Assembly: GCA_002189035.1 (NCBI GenBank) | Contig: NEEC01000036.1 | Coordinates: 14,583 to 78,582 of the forward strand | Reading direction: 5' to 3' | Source: Utricularia gibba | Taxonomy: Eukaryota > Plantae > Magnoliophyta | DNA length: 64,000 nucleotides | Part shown: positions 24,801-39,400 of the stretch, one piece after another | Layout of the letters: the number at the start of each line of letters is the position of its first letter | Position numbering within the stretch: the first letter of the stretch is position 1 | Translations under genes and position numbers: made by a program | Notes under the pieces: model-generated | The model's input: only the letters and a program-made list of their open reading frames with translations | Databases searched by the model: none | Told to the model about the DNA's origin: nothing

Positions 24801-27800
24801 GCACCGGTTGGGCTCATGAGCCGGACCGAACGCAGCGCCGGACCAAGTGCCCAGTGAGAGTGGCCGACACAAAACGAGAAGTTGTTCCTTGAAAAACCTT
24901 GTAGGAAGCCCCTGAAAACCGAACGTTAATAAGTGCATCGCTTTAGTTGCCAGGCTACAACTAACTTTCGGCCCTAACCCAACCTGACCTTTGTCCCGTT
25001 CTAGGTGCCCCCAAGACCGCCTCCTCAAGTATAAAGTAAGTTGTTGAAAAAATCATGTGGGGTGCACGTGACATCTTACTTTAAACAAATGCATCATTAT
25101 TTTCGTCGACTCGCACCCGGTTGGGCTCATGAGCCGGACCGAACGCAGCGCCGGACCAAGTGCCCAGTGAGAGTGGCCGACACAAAACGAGAAGTTGTTC
25201 CTTGAAAAACCTTGTAGGAAGCCCCTGAAAACCGAACGTTAATAAGTGCATCGCTTTAGTTGCCAGGCTACAACTAACTTTCGGCCCTAACCCAACCTGA
25301 CCTTTGTCCCGTTCTAGGTGCCCCCAAGACCGCCTCCTCAAGTATAAAGTAAGTTGTTGAAAAAATCATGTGGGGTGCACGTGACATCTTACTTTAAACA
25401 AATGCATCATTATTTTCGTCGACTCGCACCCGGTTGGGCTCATGAGCCGGACCGAACGCAGCGCCGGACCAAGTGCCCAGTGAGAGTGGCCGACACAAAA
25501 CGAGAAGTTGTTCCTTGAAAAACCTTGTAGGAAGCCCCTGAAAACCGAACGTTAATAAGTGCATCGCTTTAGTTGCCAGGCTACAACTAACTTTCGGCCC
25601 TAACCCAACCTGACCTTTGTCCCGTTCTAGGTGCCCCCAAGACCGCCTCCTCAAGTATAAAGTAAGTTGTTGAAAAAATCATGTGGGGTGCACGTGACAT
25701 CTTACTTTAAACAAATGCATCATTATTTTCGTCGACTCGCACCCGGTTGGGCTCATGAGCCGGACCGAACGCAGCGCCGGACCAAGTGCCCAGTGAGAGT
25801 GGCCGACACAAAACGAGAAGTTGTTCCTTGAAAAACCTTGTAGGAAGCCCCTGAAAACCGAACGTTAATAAGTGCATCGCTTTAGTTGCCAGGCTACAAC
25901 TAACTTTCGGCCCTAACCCAACCTGACCTTTGTCCCGTTCTAGGTGCCCCCAAGACCGCCTCCTCAAGTATAAAGTAAGTTGTTGAAAAAATCATGTGGG
26001 GCACGTGACATCTTACTTTAAACAAATGCATCATTATTTTCGTCGACTCGCACCCGGTTGGGCTCATGAGCCGGACCGAACGCAGCGCCGGACCAAGTGC
26101 CCAGTGAGAGTGGCCGACACAAAACGACCCCTGAAAACCGAACGTTAATAAGTGCATCGCTTTAGTTGCCAGGCTACAACTAACTTTCGGCCCTAACCCA
26201 ACCTGACCTTTGTCCCGTTCTAGGTGCCCCCCAAGACCGCCTCCTCAAGTATAAAGTAAGTTGTTGAAAAAATCATGTGGGGTGCACGTGACATCTTACT
26301 TTAAACAAATGCATCATTATTTTCGTCGACTCGCACCCGGTTGGGCTCATGAGCCGGACCGAACGCAGCGCCGGACCAAGTGCCCAGTGAGAGTGGCCGA
26401 CTCCCCTTGTAGTGAAATGTGCATCGAGTTATTAACTTTCGGCCCTAACCCAACCTGAAGGTGCCCGGCCTCCTGTATCCATGAGCATCGTCGACTCGCA
26501 ACCGGAAACGCAGCGCCGGACCAAGTGCCCAGTGAGAGTGGCCGACACAAAACGAGAAGTTGTTCCTTGAAAAACCTTGTAGGAAGCCCCTGAAAACCGA
26601 ACGTTAATAAGTGCATCGCTTTAGTTGCCAGGCTACAACTAACTTTCGGCCCTAACCCAACCTGACCTTTGTCCCGTTCTAGGTGCCCCCAAGACCGCCT
26701 CCTCAAGTATAAAGTAAGTTGTTGAAAAAATCATGTGGGGTGCACGTGACATCTTACTTTAAACAAATGCATCATTATTTTCGTCGACTCGCACCCGGTT
26801 GGGCTCATGAGCCGGACCGAACGCAGCGCCGGACCAAGTGCCCAGTGAGAGTGGCCGACACAAAACGAGAAGTTGTTCCTTGAAAAACCTTGTAGGAAGC
26901 CCCTGAAAACCGAACGTTAATAAGTGCATCGCTTTAGTTGCCAGGCTACAACTAACTTTCGGCCCTAACCCAACCTGACCTTTGTCCCGTTCTAGGTGCC
27001 CCCCAAGACCGCCTCCTCAAGTATAAAGTAAGTTGTTGAAAAAATCATGTGGGGTGCACGTGACATCTTACTTTAAACAAATGCATCATTATTTTCGTCG
27101 ACTCGCACCCGGTTGGGCTCATGAGCCGGACCGAACGCAGCGCCGGACCAAGTGCCCAGTGAGAGTGGCCGACACAAAACGAGAAGTTGTTCCTTGAAAA
27201 ACCTTGTAGGAAGCCCCTGAAAACCGAACGTTAATAAGTGCATCGCTTTAGTTGCCAGGCTACAACTAACTTTCGGCCCTAACCCAACCTGACCTTTGTC
27301 CCGTTCTAGGTGCCCCCAAGACCGCCTCCTCAAGTATAAAGTAAGTTGTTGAAAAAATCATGTGGGGTGCACGTGACATCTTACTTTAAACAAATGCATC
27401 ATTATTTTCGTCGACTCGCACCCGGTTGGGCTCATGAGCCGGACCGAACGCAGCGCCGGACCAAGTGCCCAGTGAGAGTGGCCGACACAAAACGAGAAGT
27501 TGTTCCTTGAAAAACCTTGTAGGAAGCCCCTGAAAACCGAACGTTAATAAGTGCATCGCTTTAGTTGCCAGGCTACAACTAACTTTCGGCCCTAACCCAA
27601 CCTGACCTTTGTCCCGTTCTAGGTGCCCCCCAAGACCGCCTCCTCAAGTATAAAGTAAGTTGTTGAAAAAATCATGGGGTGCACGTGACATCTTACTTTA
27701 AACAAATGCATCATTATTTTCGTCGACTCGCACCCGGTTGGGCTCATGAGCCGGACCGAACGCAGCGCCGGACCAAGTGCCCAGTGAGAGTGGCCGACAC

Positions 27801-28609
27801 AAAACGAGAAGTTGTTCCTTGAAAAACCTTGTAGGAAGCCCCTGAAAACCGAACGTTAATAAGTGCATCGCTTTAGTTGCCAGGCTACAACTAACTTTCG
27901 GCCCTAACCCAACCTGACCTTTGTCCCGTTCTAGGTGCCCGGTACATGTGGGGTGCAAGCATCATTATTTTCGTCGACTCGCACCCGGTTGGGCTCATGA
28001 GCCGGACCGAACGCAGCGCCGGACCAAGTGCCCAGTGAGAGTGGCCGACACAAAACGAGAAGTTGTTCCTTGAAAAACCTTGTAGGAAGCCCCTGAAAAC
28101 CGAACGTTAATAAGTGCATCGCTTTAGTTGCCAGGCTACAACTAACTTTCGGCCCTAACCCAACCTGACCTTTGTCCCGTTCTAGGTGCCCCCCAAGACC
28201 GCCTCCTCAAGTATAAAGTAAGTTGTTGAAAAAATCATGTGGGGTGCACGTGACATCTTACTTTAAACAAATGCATCATTATTTTCGTCGACTCGCACCC
28301 GGTTGGGCTCATGAGCCGGACCGAACGCAGCGCCGGACCAAGTGCCCAGTGAGAGTGGCCGACACAAAACGAGAAGTTGTTCCTTGAAAAACCTTGTAGG
28401 AAGCCCCTGAAAACCGAACGTTAATAAGTGCATCGCTTTAGTTGCCAGGCTACAACTAACTTTCGGCCCTAACCCAACCTGACCTTTGTCCCGTTCTAGG
28501 TGCCCCCAAGACCGCCTCCTCAAGTATAAAGTAAGTTGTTGAAAAAATCATGTGGGGTGCACGTGACATCTTACTTTAAACAAATGCATCATTATTTTCG
28601 TCGACTCGC

Positions 28610-29000
28610 ATTGGGCTCATTTTAAACAACATCACCGGTCGACTCGCACCCGGTTGGGCTCATGAGCCGGACCGAACGCAGCGCCGGACCAAGTGCCCCT
28701 GGCACACAAAACGAGAAGTGAACTACCTTGGGAAAATGATCCTTGTTTTCGTGTTAATGCCTTGCATCGGAAATGAGCCTGAGCCGACCAAGTGCCCAGT
28801 TCAGGTGGCCGACAAAAACATGTGGGGTGCACGTGACAGCATCATGTCGACTCGCACCCGGTTGGGCTCATGAGCCGGACCGAACGCAGCGCCGGACCAA
28901 GTTGAGAGTGGCCGACACAAAACCAGAAGTTGTTTCGGTTGTAGGAAGCCCCTTTGTCCGAACGTTAATAAGTGCATCGGTGCCCCCAAGACCTTGCCAG
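28610..29000. other. Scrambled zone of monomer fragments
   Basis: Out-of-order consensus fragments between intact copies at about 28263-28523 and 29020 onward. Confidence 0.85.
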
Positions 29001-30519
29001 GTGCTCAAGTATAAAGTAAGTTGTTGAAAAAATCATGTGGGGTGCACGTGACATCTTACTTTAAACAAATGCATCATTATTTTCGTCGACTCGCACCCGG
29101 TTGGGCTCATGAGCCGGACCGAACGCAGCGCCGGACCAAGTGCCCAGTGAGAGTGGCCGACACAAAACGAGAAGTTGTATCCTTGAAAACTCGCACCTTG
29201 TAGGAAGCCCCTGAAAACCGAACGTTAATAAGTGCATCGCTTTAGTTGCCAGGCTACAACTAACTTTCGGCCCTAACCCAACCTGACCTTTGTCCCGTTC
29301 TAGGTGTTAACCGCCTCCATCAAGTATAAAGTAAGTTGTTGAAAAAATCATGTGGGGTGTCGTGACATCTTACCGCCAAATGCATCATTATTTTCGTCGA
29401 CTCGCACCCGGTTGGGCTCATGAGCCGGACCGAACGCAGCGCCGGACCAAGTGCCCAGTGAGAGTGGCCGACACAAAACGAGAAGTTGTTCCTTGAAAAA
29501 CCTTGTAGGAAGCCCCTGAACGAAATAATAAGTGCATCGCTTTAGTTGCCAGGCTACAACTAACTTTCGGCCCTAACCCAACCTGACCTTTGTCCCGTTC
29601 TAGGTGCCCCCGACCGCCTCCTCAAGTATAAAGTAAGTTGTTGAGAAGTGTGGGGTGCACGTGACATCTTACTTTAAACAAATGCATCATTATTTTCGTC
29701 GACTCGCACCCGGTTGGGCTCATGAGCCGGACCGAACGCAGCGCCGGACCAAGTGCCCAGTGAGAGTGGCCGACACAAAACGAGAAGTTGTTCCTTGAAA
29801 AACCTTGTAGGAAGCCCCTGAAAACCGAACGTTAATAAGTGCATCGCTTTAGTTGCCAGGCTACAACTAACTTTCGGCCCTAACCCAACCTGACCTTTGT
29901 CCCGTTCTAGGTGCCCCCCAAGACCTCCTCCTCAAGTATAGTAAGTTGCATGTGGGGTGCACGTGACATCTTACTTTAAACAAATGCATCATTATTTTCG
30001 TCGACTCGCACCCGGTTGGGCTCATGAGCCGGACCGAACGCAGCGCCGGACCAAGTGCCCAGTGAGAGTGGCCGACACAAAACGAGAAGTTGTTCCTTGA
30101 AAAACCTTGTAGGAAGCCCCTGAAAACCGAACGTTAATAAGTGCATCGCTTTAGTTGCCAGGCTACAACTAACTTTCGGCCCTAACCCAACCTGACCTTT
30201 GTCCCGTTCTAGGTGCCCCCAAGACCGCCTCCTCAAGTATAAAGTAAGTTGTTGAAAAAATCATGTGGGGTGCACGTGACATCTTACTTTAAACAAATGC
30301 ATCATTATTTTCGTCGACTCGCACCCGGTTGGGCTCATGAGCCGGACCGAACGCAGCGCCGGACCAAGTGCCCAGTGAGAGTGGCCGACACAAAACGAGA
30401 AGTTGTTCCTTGAAAAACCTTGTAGGAAGCCCCTGAAAACCGAACGTTAATAAGTGCATCGCTTTAGTTGCCAGGCTACAACTAACTTTCGGCCCTAACC
30501 CAACCTGACCTTTGTCCCG

Positions 30520-33340
30520 GTTCTCAAGTATAAAGTAAGCCCCCGCATCCGTCGACTCGCTCTCATGAGTATGAAAGTAAGTTGTTGAAGTTGCCAACAA
30601 CTAACTTTCGGCCCTAACCCAACCTGACCTTTGTCCCGGTGTGCACGTGACATCTTTAAACAAATGCATCATTATTTTCGTCGACTCGCACCCGGTTGGG
30701 CTCATGAGCCGGATGCAGTCCGATTATTGTTGTCGACCAGGCTACAACTAACAACCCGAAGGTGCTCAAGTATAAAGTAAGTTGTTGAAAAAATCATGTG
30801 GGGTGCACGTGACATCTTACTTTAAACAAATGCATCATTATTTTCGTCGACTCGCACCCGGTTGGGCTCATGAGCCGGACCGAACGTGCCCAGTGAGAGT
30901 GGCCGACACAAAACGAGAAGTTGTTCCTTGAAAAACCTTGTAGGAAGCCCCTGAAAACCGAACGTTAATAAGTGCATCGCTTTAGTTGCCAGGCTACAAC
31001 TAACTTTCGGCCCTAACCCAACCTGACCTTTGTCCCGGTTGCCGCATCTTACTTTAAACAAATGCATCATTATTTTCGTCGACTCGCACCCGGTTGGGCT
31101 CATGAGCCGGACCGAACGCAGCGCCGGACCAAGTGCCCAGTGAGAGTGGCCGACACAAAACGAGAAGTTGTTCCTTGAAAAACCTTGTAGGAAGCCCCTG
31201 AAAACCGAACGTTAATAAGTGCATCGCTTTAGTTGCCAGGCTACAACTAACTTTCGGCCCTAACCCAACCTGACCTTTGTCCCGTTCTAGGTGCCCCCAA
31301 GACCGCCTCCTCAAGTATAAAGTAAGTTGTTGAAAAAATCATGTGGGGTGCACGTGACATCTTACTTTAAACAAATGCATCATTATTTTCGTCGACTCGC
31401 ACCCTCATGAGTGCCCAGTGAGAGTGGCCGACACAAAACGAGAAGTTGTTCCTTGAAAAACCTTGTAGGAAGCCCCTGAAAACCGAACGTTAATAAGTGC
31501 ATCGCTTTAGTTGCCAGGCTACAACTAACTTTCGGCCCTAACCCAACCTGACCTTTGTCCGGACCAAGTACCACGTGACATCTTACTTTAAACAAATGCA
31601 TCATTATTTTCGTCGACTCGCACCCGGTTGGGCTCATGAGCCGGACCGAACGCAGCGCCGGACCAAGCCCAGTGAGAGTTGTTCCTTGAAAAACCTTGTA
31701 GGAAGCCCCTGAAAACCGAACGTTAATAAGTGCATCGCTTTAGTTGCCAGGCTACAACTAACTTTCGGCCCTAACCCAACCTGACCTTTGTCCCGTTCTA
31801 GGTGCCCCCAAGACCGCCTCCTCAAGTATAAAGTAAGTTGTTGAAAAAATCATGTGGGGTGCACGTGACATCTTACTTTAAACAAATGCATCATTATTTT
31901 CGTCGACTCGCACCGGTTGGGCTCATGAGCCGGACCGAACGCAGCGCCGGACCAAGTGCCCAGTGAGAGTGGCCGACACAAAACGAGAAGTTGTTCCTTG
32001 AAAAACCTTGTAGGAAGCCCCTGAAAACCGAACGTTAATAAGTGCATCGCTTTAGTTGCCAGGCTACAACTAACTTTCGGCCCTAACCCAACCTGACCTT
32101 TGTCCCGGTTCTCAAGTATAAAGTAAGTTGAAAAAATCCACGTGACATCTTACTTTAAACAAATGCATCATTATTTTCGTCGACTCGCACCCGGTTGGGC
32201 TCATGAGCCGGACCGAACGCAGCGCCGGACCAAGTGCCCAGTGAGAGTGGCCGACACAAAACGAGAAGTTGTTCCTTGAAAAACCTTGTAGGAAGCCCCT
32301 GAAAACCGAACGTTAATAAGTGCATCGCTTTAGTTGCCAGGCTACAACTAACTTTCGGCCCTAACCCAACCTGACCTTTGTCCCGTTCTAGGTGACCGCC
32401 TCCTCAAGTACATGTGACGTGACATCTTACTTTAAACAAATGCATCATTATTTTCGTCGACTCGCACCCGGTTGGGCTCATGAGCCTGCCCAGTGAGAGT
32501 GGCCGACACAAAACGACCTTGAAAAACCTTGTAGGAAGCCCCTGAAAACCGAACGTTAATAAGTGCATCGCTTTAGTTGCCAGGCTACAACTAACTTTCG
32601 GCCCTAACCCAACCTGACCTTAATAAGTCAAAGCATCATTATTTTCGTCGACTCGCACCCTCATGTTCTTGAAAAACCTTGTAGGCCCCTGAAAACCGAA
32701 CCATCGCTGAGGCGAACGTTAATAAGTGCATCACGTGAGCATCATTATTTTCGTCGACTCGCACCCGGTTGGGCTCATGAGCCGGAAACGCAGCGCCGGA
32801 CCAAGTGCCCAGTGAGAGTGGCCGACACAAAACGAGAAGTTGTTCCTTGAAAAACCTTGTAGGAAGCCCCTGAAAACCGAACGTTAATAAGTGCATCGCT
32901 TTAGTTGCCAGGCTACAACTAACTTTCGGCCCTAACCCAACCTGACCTTTGTCCCGTTCTAGGTGCCCCCCAAGACCGCCTCCTCAAGTATAAAGTAAGT
33001 TGTTGAAAAAATCATGTGGGGTGCACGTGACATCTTACTTTAAACAAATGCATCATTATTTTCGTCGACTCGCACCCGGTTGGGAGCTGCCCAGTGAGAG
33101 TGGCCGACACAAAACGAGAAGTTGTTCCTTGAAAAACCTTGTAGGAAGCCCCTGAAAACCGAACGTTAATAAGTGCATCGCTTTAGTTGCCAGGCTACAA
33201 CTAACTTTCGGCCCTAACCCAACCTGACCTTTGTCAGGTGCCCCCCAAGACCGCCTCCTCACCACGTGACATCTTACTTTAAACAAATGCATCATTATTT
33301 TCGTCGACTCGCACCCGGTTGGGCTCATGAGCCTTTGAAA
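30520..33340. other. Cluster of deletion-bearing and mosaic monomers
   Basis: Many units are shortened by tens of bp, with mosaic patches at about 30520-30770 and 32620-32740. Confidence 0.8.
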
Positions 33341-35149
33341 AACCTTGTAGGAAGCCCCTGAAAACCGAACGTTAATAAGTGCATCGCTTTAGTTGCCAGG
33401 CTACAACTAACTTTCGGCCCTAACCCAACCTGACCTTTGTCCCGTTCTAGGTGCCCCCAAGACCGCCTCCTCAAGTATAAAGTAAGTTGTTGAAAAAATC
33501 ATGTGGGGTGCACGTGACATCTTACTTTAAACAAATGCATCATTATTTTCGTCGACTCGCACCCGGTTGGGCTCATGAGCCGGACCGAACGCAGCGCCGG
33601 ACCAAGTGCCCAGTGAGAGTGGCCGACACAAAACGAGAAGTTGTTCCTTGAAAAACCTTGTAGGAAGCCCCTGAAAACCGAACGTTAATAAGTGCATCGC
33701 TTTAGTTGCCAGGCTACAACTAACTTTCGGCCCTAACCCAACCTGACCTTTGTCCCGTTCTAGGTGCCCCCAAGACCGCCTCCTCAAGTATAAAGTAAGT
33801 TGTTGAAAAAATCATGTGGGGTGCACGTGACATCTTACTTTAAACAAATGCATCATTATTTTCGTCGACTCGCACCCGGTTGGGCTCATGAGCCGGACCG
33901 AACGCAGCGCCGGACCAAGTGCCCAGTGAGAGTGGCCGACACAAAACGAGAAGTTGTTCCTTGAAAAACCTTGTAGGAAGCCCCTGAAAACCGAACGTTA
34001 ATAAGTGCATCGCTTTAGTTGCCAGGCTACAACTAACTTTCGGCCCTAACCCAACCTGACCTTTGTCCCGTTCTAGGTGCCCCCCAAGACCGCCTCCTCA
34101 AGTATAAAGTAAGTTGTTGAAAAAATCATGTGGGGTGCACGTGACATCTTACTTTAAACAAATGCATCATTATTTTCGTCGACTCGCACCCGGTTGGGCT
34201 CATGAGCCGGACCGAACGCAGCGCCGGACCAAGTGCCCAGTGAGAGTGGCCGACACAAAACGAGAAGTTGTTCCTTGAAAAACCTTGTAGGAAGCCCCTG
34301 AAAACCGAACGTTAATAAGTGCATCGCTTTAGTTGCCAGGCTACAACTAACTTTCGGCCCTAACCCAACCTGACCTTTGTCCCGTTCTAGGTGCCCCCAA
34401 GACCGCCTCCTCAAGTATAAAGTAAGTTGTTGAAAAAATCATGTGGGGTGCACGTGACATCTTACTTTAAACAAATGCATCATTATTTTCGTCGACTCGC
34501 ACCCGGTTGGGCTCATGAGCCGGACCGAACGCAGACCAAGTGCCCAGTGAGAGTGGCCGACACAAAACGAGAAGTTGTTCCTTGAAAAACCTTGTAGGAA
34601 GCCCCTGAAAACCGAACGTTAATAAGTGCATCGCTTTAGTTGCCAGGCTACAACTAACTTTCGGCCCTAACCCAACCTGACCTTTGTCCCGGTTGTATCC
34701 ACCATCTTACTTTAAACAAATGCATCATTATTTTCGTCGACTCGCACCCGGTTGGGCTCATGAGCCGGACCGAACGCAGCGCCGGACCAAGTGCCCAGTG
34801 AGAGTGGCCGACACAAAACGAGAAGTTGTTCCTTGAAAAACCTTGTAGGAAGCCCCTGAAAACCGAACGTTAATAAGTGCATCGCTTTAGTTGCCAGGCT
34901 ACAACTAACTTTCGGCCCTAACCCAACCTGACCTTTGTCCCGTTCTAGGTGCCCCCCAAGACCGCCTCCTCAAGCCACGTGACATCTTACTTTAAACAAA
35001 TGCATCATTATTTTCGTCGACTCGCACCCGGTTGGGCTCATGAGCCGGACCGAACGCAGCGCCGGACCAAGTGCCCAGTGAGAGTGGCCGACACAAAACG
35101 AGAAGTTGTTCCTTGAAAAACCTTGTAGGAAGCCCCTGAAAACCGAACG

Positions 35150-36480
35150 TTGAAGGTAAGTGCATCGTTTAGTTGCCAGGCTTTAACTTTCGGCCCTAAC
35201 CCAACCTGACCTTTGTCCCGCACCCGGTTGGGACTCATTGAAGCCGGACCGAACGCAGCGCCGGACCAAGTGCCCAGTGAGAGTGGCCGACACAAAACGA
35301 GAAGTTGTTCCTTGAAAAACCTTGTAGGAAGCCCCTGAAAACCGAACGTTAATAAGTGCATCGCTTTAGTTGTCGACAGGCTACAACTAACTTTCGGCCC
35401 TAACCCAACCTGACCTTTGTCCCGTTCTAGGTGCCCCCAAGACCGCCTCCTCAAGTATAAAGTAAGTTGTTGAAAAAATCACGTGTGGTCGGTTGGGCAC
35501 CGTGACCGATTGTTCCTTAAAACCTTGTAGGAAGCCCCTGAAAACCGAACGTCATTTAGTTGCATTAACTTTTTTACTCGCACACGGTGGTCGACTCATT
35601 GACCGGACCGAACGCAGCGCCGGACCAAGTGCCCAGTGAGAGTGGCCGACACAAAACGAGAAGTTGTTCCTTGAAAACCCTTGGCCCTAGACAAGTGAAA
35701 ACCACGTGACATCGTTGTCGACTAATGTGCATGAGAGTGGCCGACTTTAGTTGATCTTACACTAACTTTCGGACCCTAATGCCTGACCTTTGTCCCGTTC
35801 TAGGTGCCCCCAAGACCGCCTCCTCAAGTATAAAGTAAGTTGTTGAAAAAATCATGTGGGGTGCACGTGACATCTTACTTTAAACAAATGCATCATTATT
35901 TTCGTCGACTCGCACCCGGTTGGGCTCATGAGCCGGACCGAACGCAGCGCCGGACCGAACAAAACGAGAAGTGTTCCTTGAAAAACCTTGTAGGAAGCCC
36001 CTGAAAACCGAACGTTAATAAGTGCATCGCTTTAGTTGCCAGGCTACAACTAACTTTCGGCCCTAACCCAACCTGACCTTTGTCCCGTTCTAGGTGCCCC
36101 CAAGACCGCCTCCTCAAGTATAAAGTAAGTTGTTGAAAAAATCCTTGAAAAACCTTGTAGGAAGCCCTGCCCAAAACCGAGACGTTGTAATGAAGTGCAT
36201 CGCTTTAGTTGCCAGGCTACAACTAACTTTCGGCCCTAACCCAACCTGACCTTTGTCCCTTCTAGGTGCCCCAAGACCGCCTCCTCAAGTATAAAGTAAG
36301 TTGTTGAAAAAATCATGTGGGGTGCACCATCTTAAAACAAATGCATCATTATTTTCGTCGACTCGCACCCGGTTGGGCTCATGAGTAGTGAGAGTGGCCG
36401 ACACAAAACGAGAAGTTTTCCTTGAAAAACCTTGTAGGAAGCCCCTGAAAACCGAACGTTGATCGCTTTAGTTGCCAAAA
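35150..36480. other. Scrambled and deletion-rich zone
   Basis: Mosaic at about 35470-35780. Half A to half B jump at TTGAAAAA near 36135-36150. Confidence 0.85.
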
Positions 36481-39400
36481 CTAACTTTCGGCCCTAACCC
36501 AACCTGACCTTTGTCCCGTTCTAGGTGCCCCCAAGACCGCCTCCTCAAGTATAAAGTAAGTTGTTGAAAAAATCATGTGGGGTGCACGTGACATCTTACT
36601 TTAAACAAATGCATCATTATTTTCGTCGACTCGCACCCGGTTGGGCTCATGAGCCGGACCGAACGCAGCGCCGGACCAAGTGCCCAGTGAGAGTGGCCGA
36701 CACAAAACGAGAAGTTGTTCCTTGAAAAACCTTGTAGGAAGCCCCTGAAAACCGAACGTTAATAAGTGCATCGCTTTAGTTGCCAGGCTACAACTAACTT
36801 TCGGCCCTAACCCAACCTGACCTTTGTCCCGTTCTAGGTGCCCCCCAAGACCGCCTCCTCAAGTATAAAGTAAGTTGTTGAAAAAATCATGTGGGGTGCA
36901 CGTGACATCTTACTTTAAACAAATGCATCATTATTTTCGTCGACTCGCACCCGGTTGGGCTCATGAGCCGGACCGAACGCAGCGCCGGACCAAGTGCCCA
37001 GTGAGAGTGGCCGACACAAAACGAGAAGTTGTTCCTTGAAAAACCTTGTAGGAAGCCCCTGAAAACCGAACGTTAATAAGTGCATCGCTTTAGTTGCCAG
37101 GCTACAACTAACTTTCGGCCCTAACCCAACCTGACCTTTGTCCCGTTCTAGGTGCCCCCCAAGACCGCCTCCTCAAGTATAAAGTAAGTTGTTGAAAAAA
37201 TCATGTGGGGTGCACGTGACATCTTACTTTAAACAAATGCATCATTATTTTCGTCGACTCGCACCCGGTTGGGCTCATGAGCCGGACCGAACGCAGCGCC
37301 GGACCAAGTGCCCAGTGAGAGTGGCCGACACAAAACGAGAAGTTGTTCCTTGAAAAACCTTGTAGGAAGCCCCTGAAAACCGAACGTTAATAAGTGCATC
37401 GCTTTAGTTGCCAGGCTACAACTAACTTTCGGCCCTAACCCAACCTGACCTTTGTCCCGTTCTAGGTGCCCCCAAGACCGCCTCCTCAAGTATAAAGTAA
37501 GTTGTTGAAAAAATCATGTGGGGTGCACGTGACATCTTACTTTAAACAAATGCATCATTATTTTCGTCGACTCGCACCCGGTTGGGCTCATGAGCCGGAC
37601 CGAACGCAGCGCCGGACCAAGTGCCCAGTGAGAGTGGCCGACACAAAACGAGAAGTTGTTCCTTGAAAAACCTTGTAGGAAGCCCCTGAAAACCGAACGT
37701 TAATAAGTGCATCGCTTTAGTTGCCAGGCTACAACTAACTTTCGGCCCTAACCCAACCTGACCTTTGTCCCGTTCTAGGTGCCCCCGAAGACCGCCTCCT
37801 CAAGTATAAAGTAAGTTGTTGAAAAAATCATGTGGGGTGCACGTGACATCTTACTTTAAACAAATGCATCATTATTTTCGTCGACTCGCACCCGGTTGGG
37901 CTCATGAGCCGGACCGAACGCAGCGCCGGACCAAGTGCCCAGTGAGAGTGGCCGACACAAAACGAGAAGTTGTTCCTTGAAAAACCTTGTAGGAAGCCCC
38001 TGAAAACCGAACGTTAATAAGTGCATCGCTTTAGTTGCCAGGCTACAACTAACTTTCGGCCCTGAACCCAACCTGACCTTTTGTCCCGTTCCGTCAGGTG
38101 CCCCCTTACAAGATCCGACCTCCCGTTCAAGTAAGTAAAGTAAGTTGTTGAAAAAATCAAGTGTGGGGTGCACGTGACATCTTACTTTAAACAAATGCAT
38201 CATTATTTTCGTCGACTCGCACCCGGTTGGGCTCATGAGCCGGACCGAACGCAGCGCCGGACCAAGTGCCCAGTGAGAGTGGCCGACACAAAACGAGAAG
38301 TTGTTCCTTGAAAAACCTTGTAGGAAGCCCCTGAAAACCGAACGTTAATAAGTGCATCGCTTTAGTTGCCAGGCTACAACTAACTTTCGGCCCTAACCCA
38401 ACCTGAGGCCTTTGTCCCGTTCTAGGTGCCCCCCAAGACCGCCTCCTCAAGTATAAAGTAAGTTGTTGAAAAAATCATGTGGGTGCACGTGACATCTTAC
38501 TTTAAACAAATGCATCATTATTTTCGTCGACTCGCACCCGGTTGGGCTCATGAGCCGGACCGAACGCAGCGCGGACCAAGTGCCCAGTGAGAGTGGCCGA
38601 CACAAAACGAGAAGTTGTTCCTTGAAAAACCTTGTAGGAAGCCCCTGAAAACCGAACGTTAATAAGTGCATCGCTTTAGTTGCCAGGCTACAACTAACTT
38701 TCGGCCCTAACCCAACCTGACCTTTGTCCCGTTCTAGGTGCCCCCAAGACCGCCTCCTCAAGTATAAAGTAAGTTGTTGAAAAATCATGTGGGGTGCACG
38801 TGACATCTTACTTTAAACAAATGCATCATTATTTTCGTCGACTCGCACCCGGTTGGGCTCATGAGCCGGACCGAACGCAGCGCCGGACCAAGTGCCCAGT
38901 GAGAGTGGCCGACACAAAACGAGAAGTTGTTCCTTGAAAAACCTTGTAGGAAGCCCCTGAAAACCGAACGTTAATAAGTGCATCGCTTTAGTTGCCAGGC
39001 TACAACTAACTTTCGGCCCTAACCCAACCTGACCTTTGTCCCGTTCTAGGTGCCCCCAAGACCGCCTCCTCAAGTATAAAGTAAGTTGTTGAAAAATCAT
39101 GTGGGGTGCACGTGACATCTTACTTTAAACAAATGCATCATTATTTTCGTCGACTCGCACCCGGTTGGGCTCATGAGCCGGACCGAACGCAGCGCCGGAC
39201 CAAGTGCCCAGTGAGAGTGGCCGACACAAAACGAGAAGTTGTTCCTTGAAAAACCTTGTAGGAAGCCCCTGAAAACCGAACGTTAATAAGTGCATCGCTT
39301 TAGTTGCCAGGCTACAACTAACTTTCGCCCTAACCCAACCTGACCTTTGTCCCGTTCTAGGTGCCCCCAAGACCGCCTCCTCAAGTATAAAGTAAGTTGT

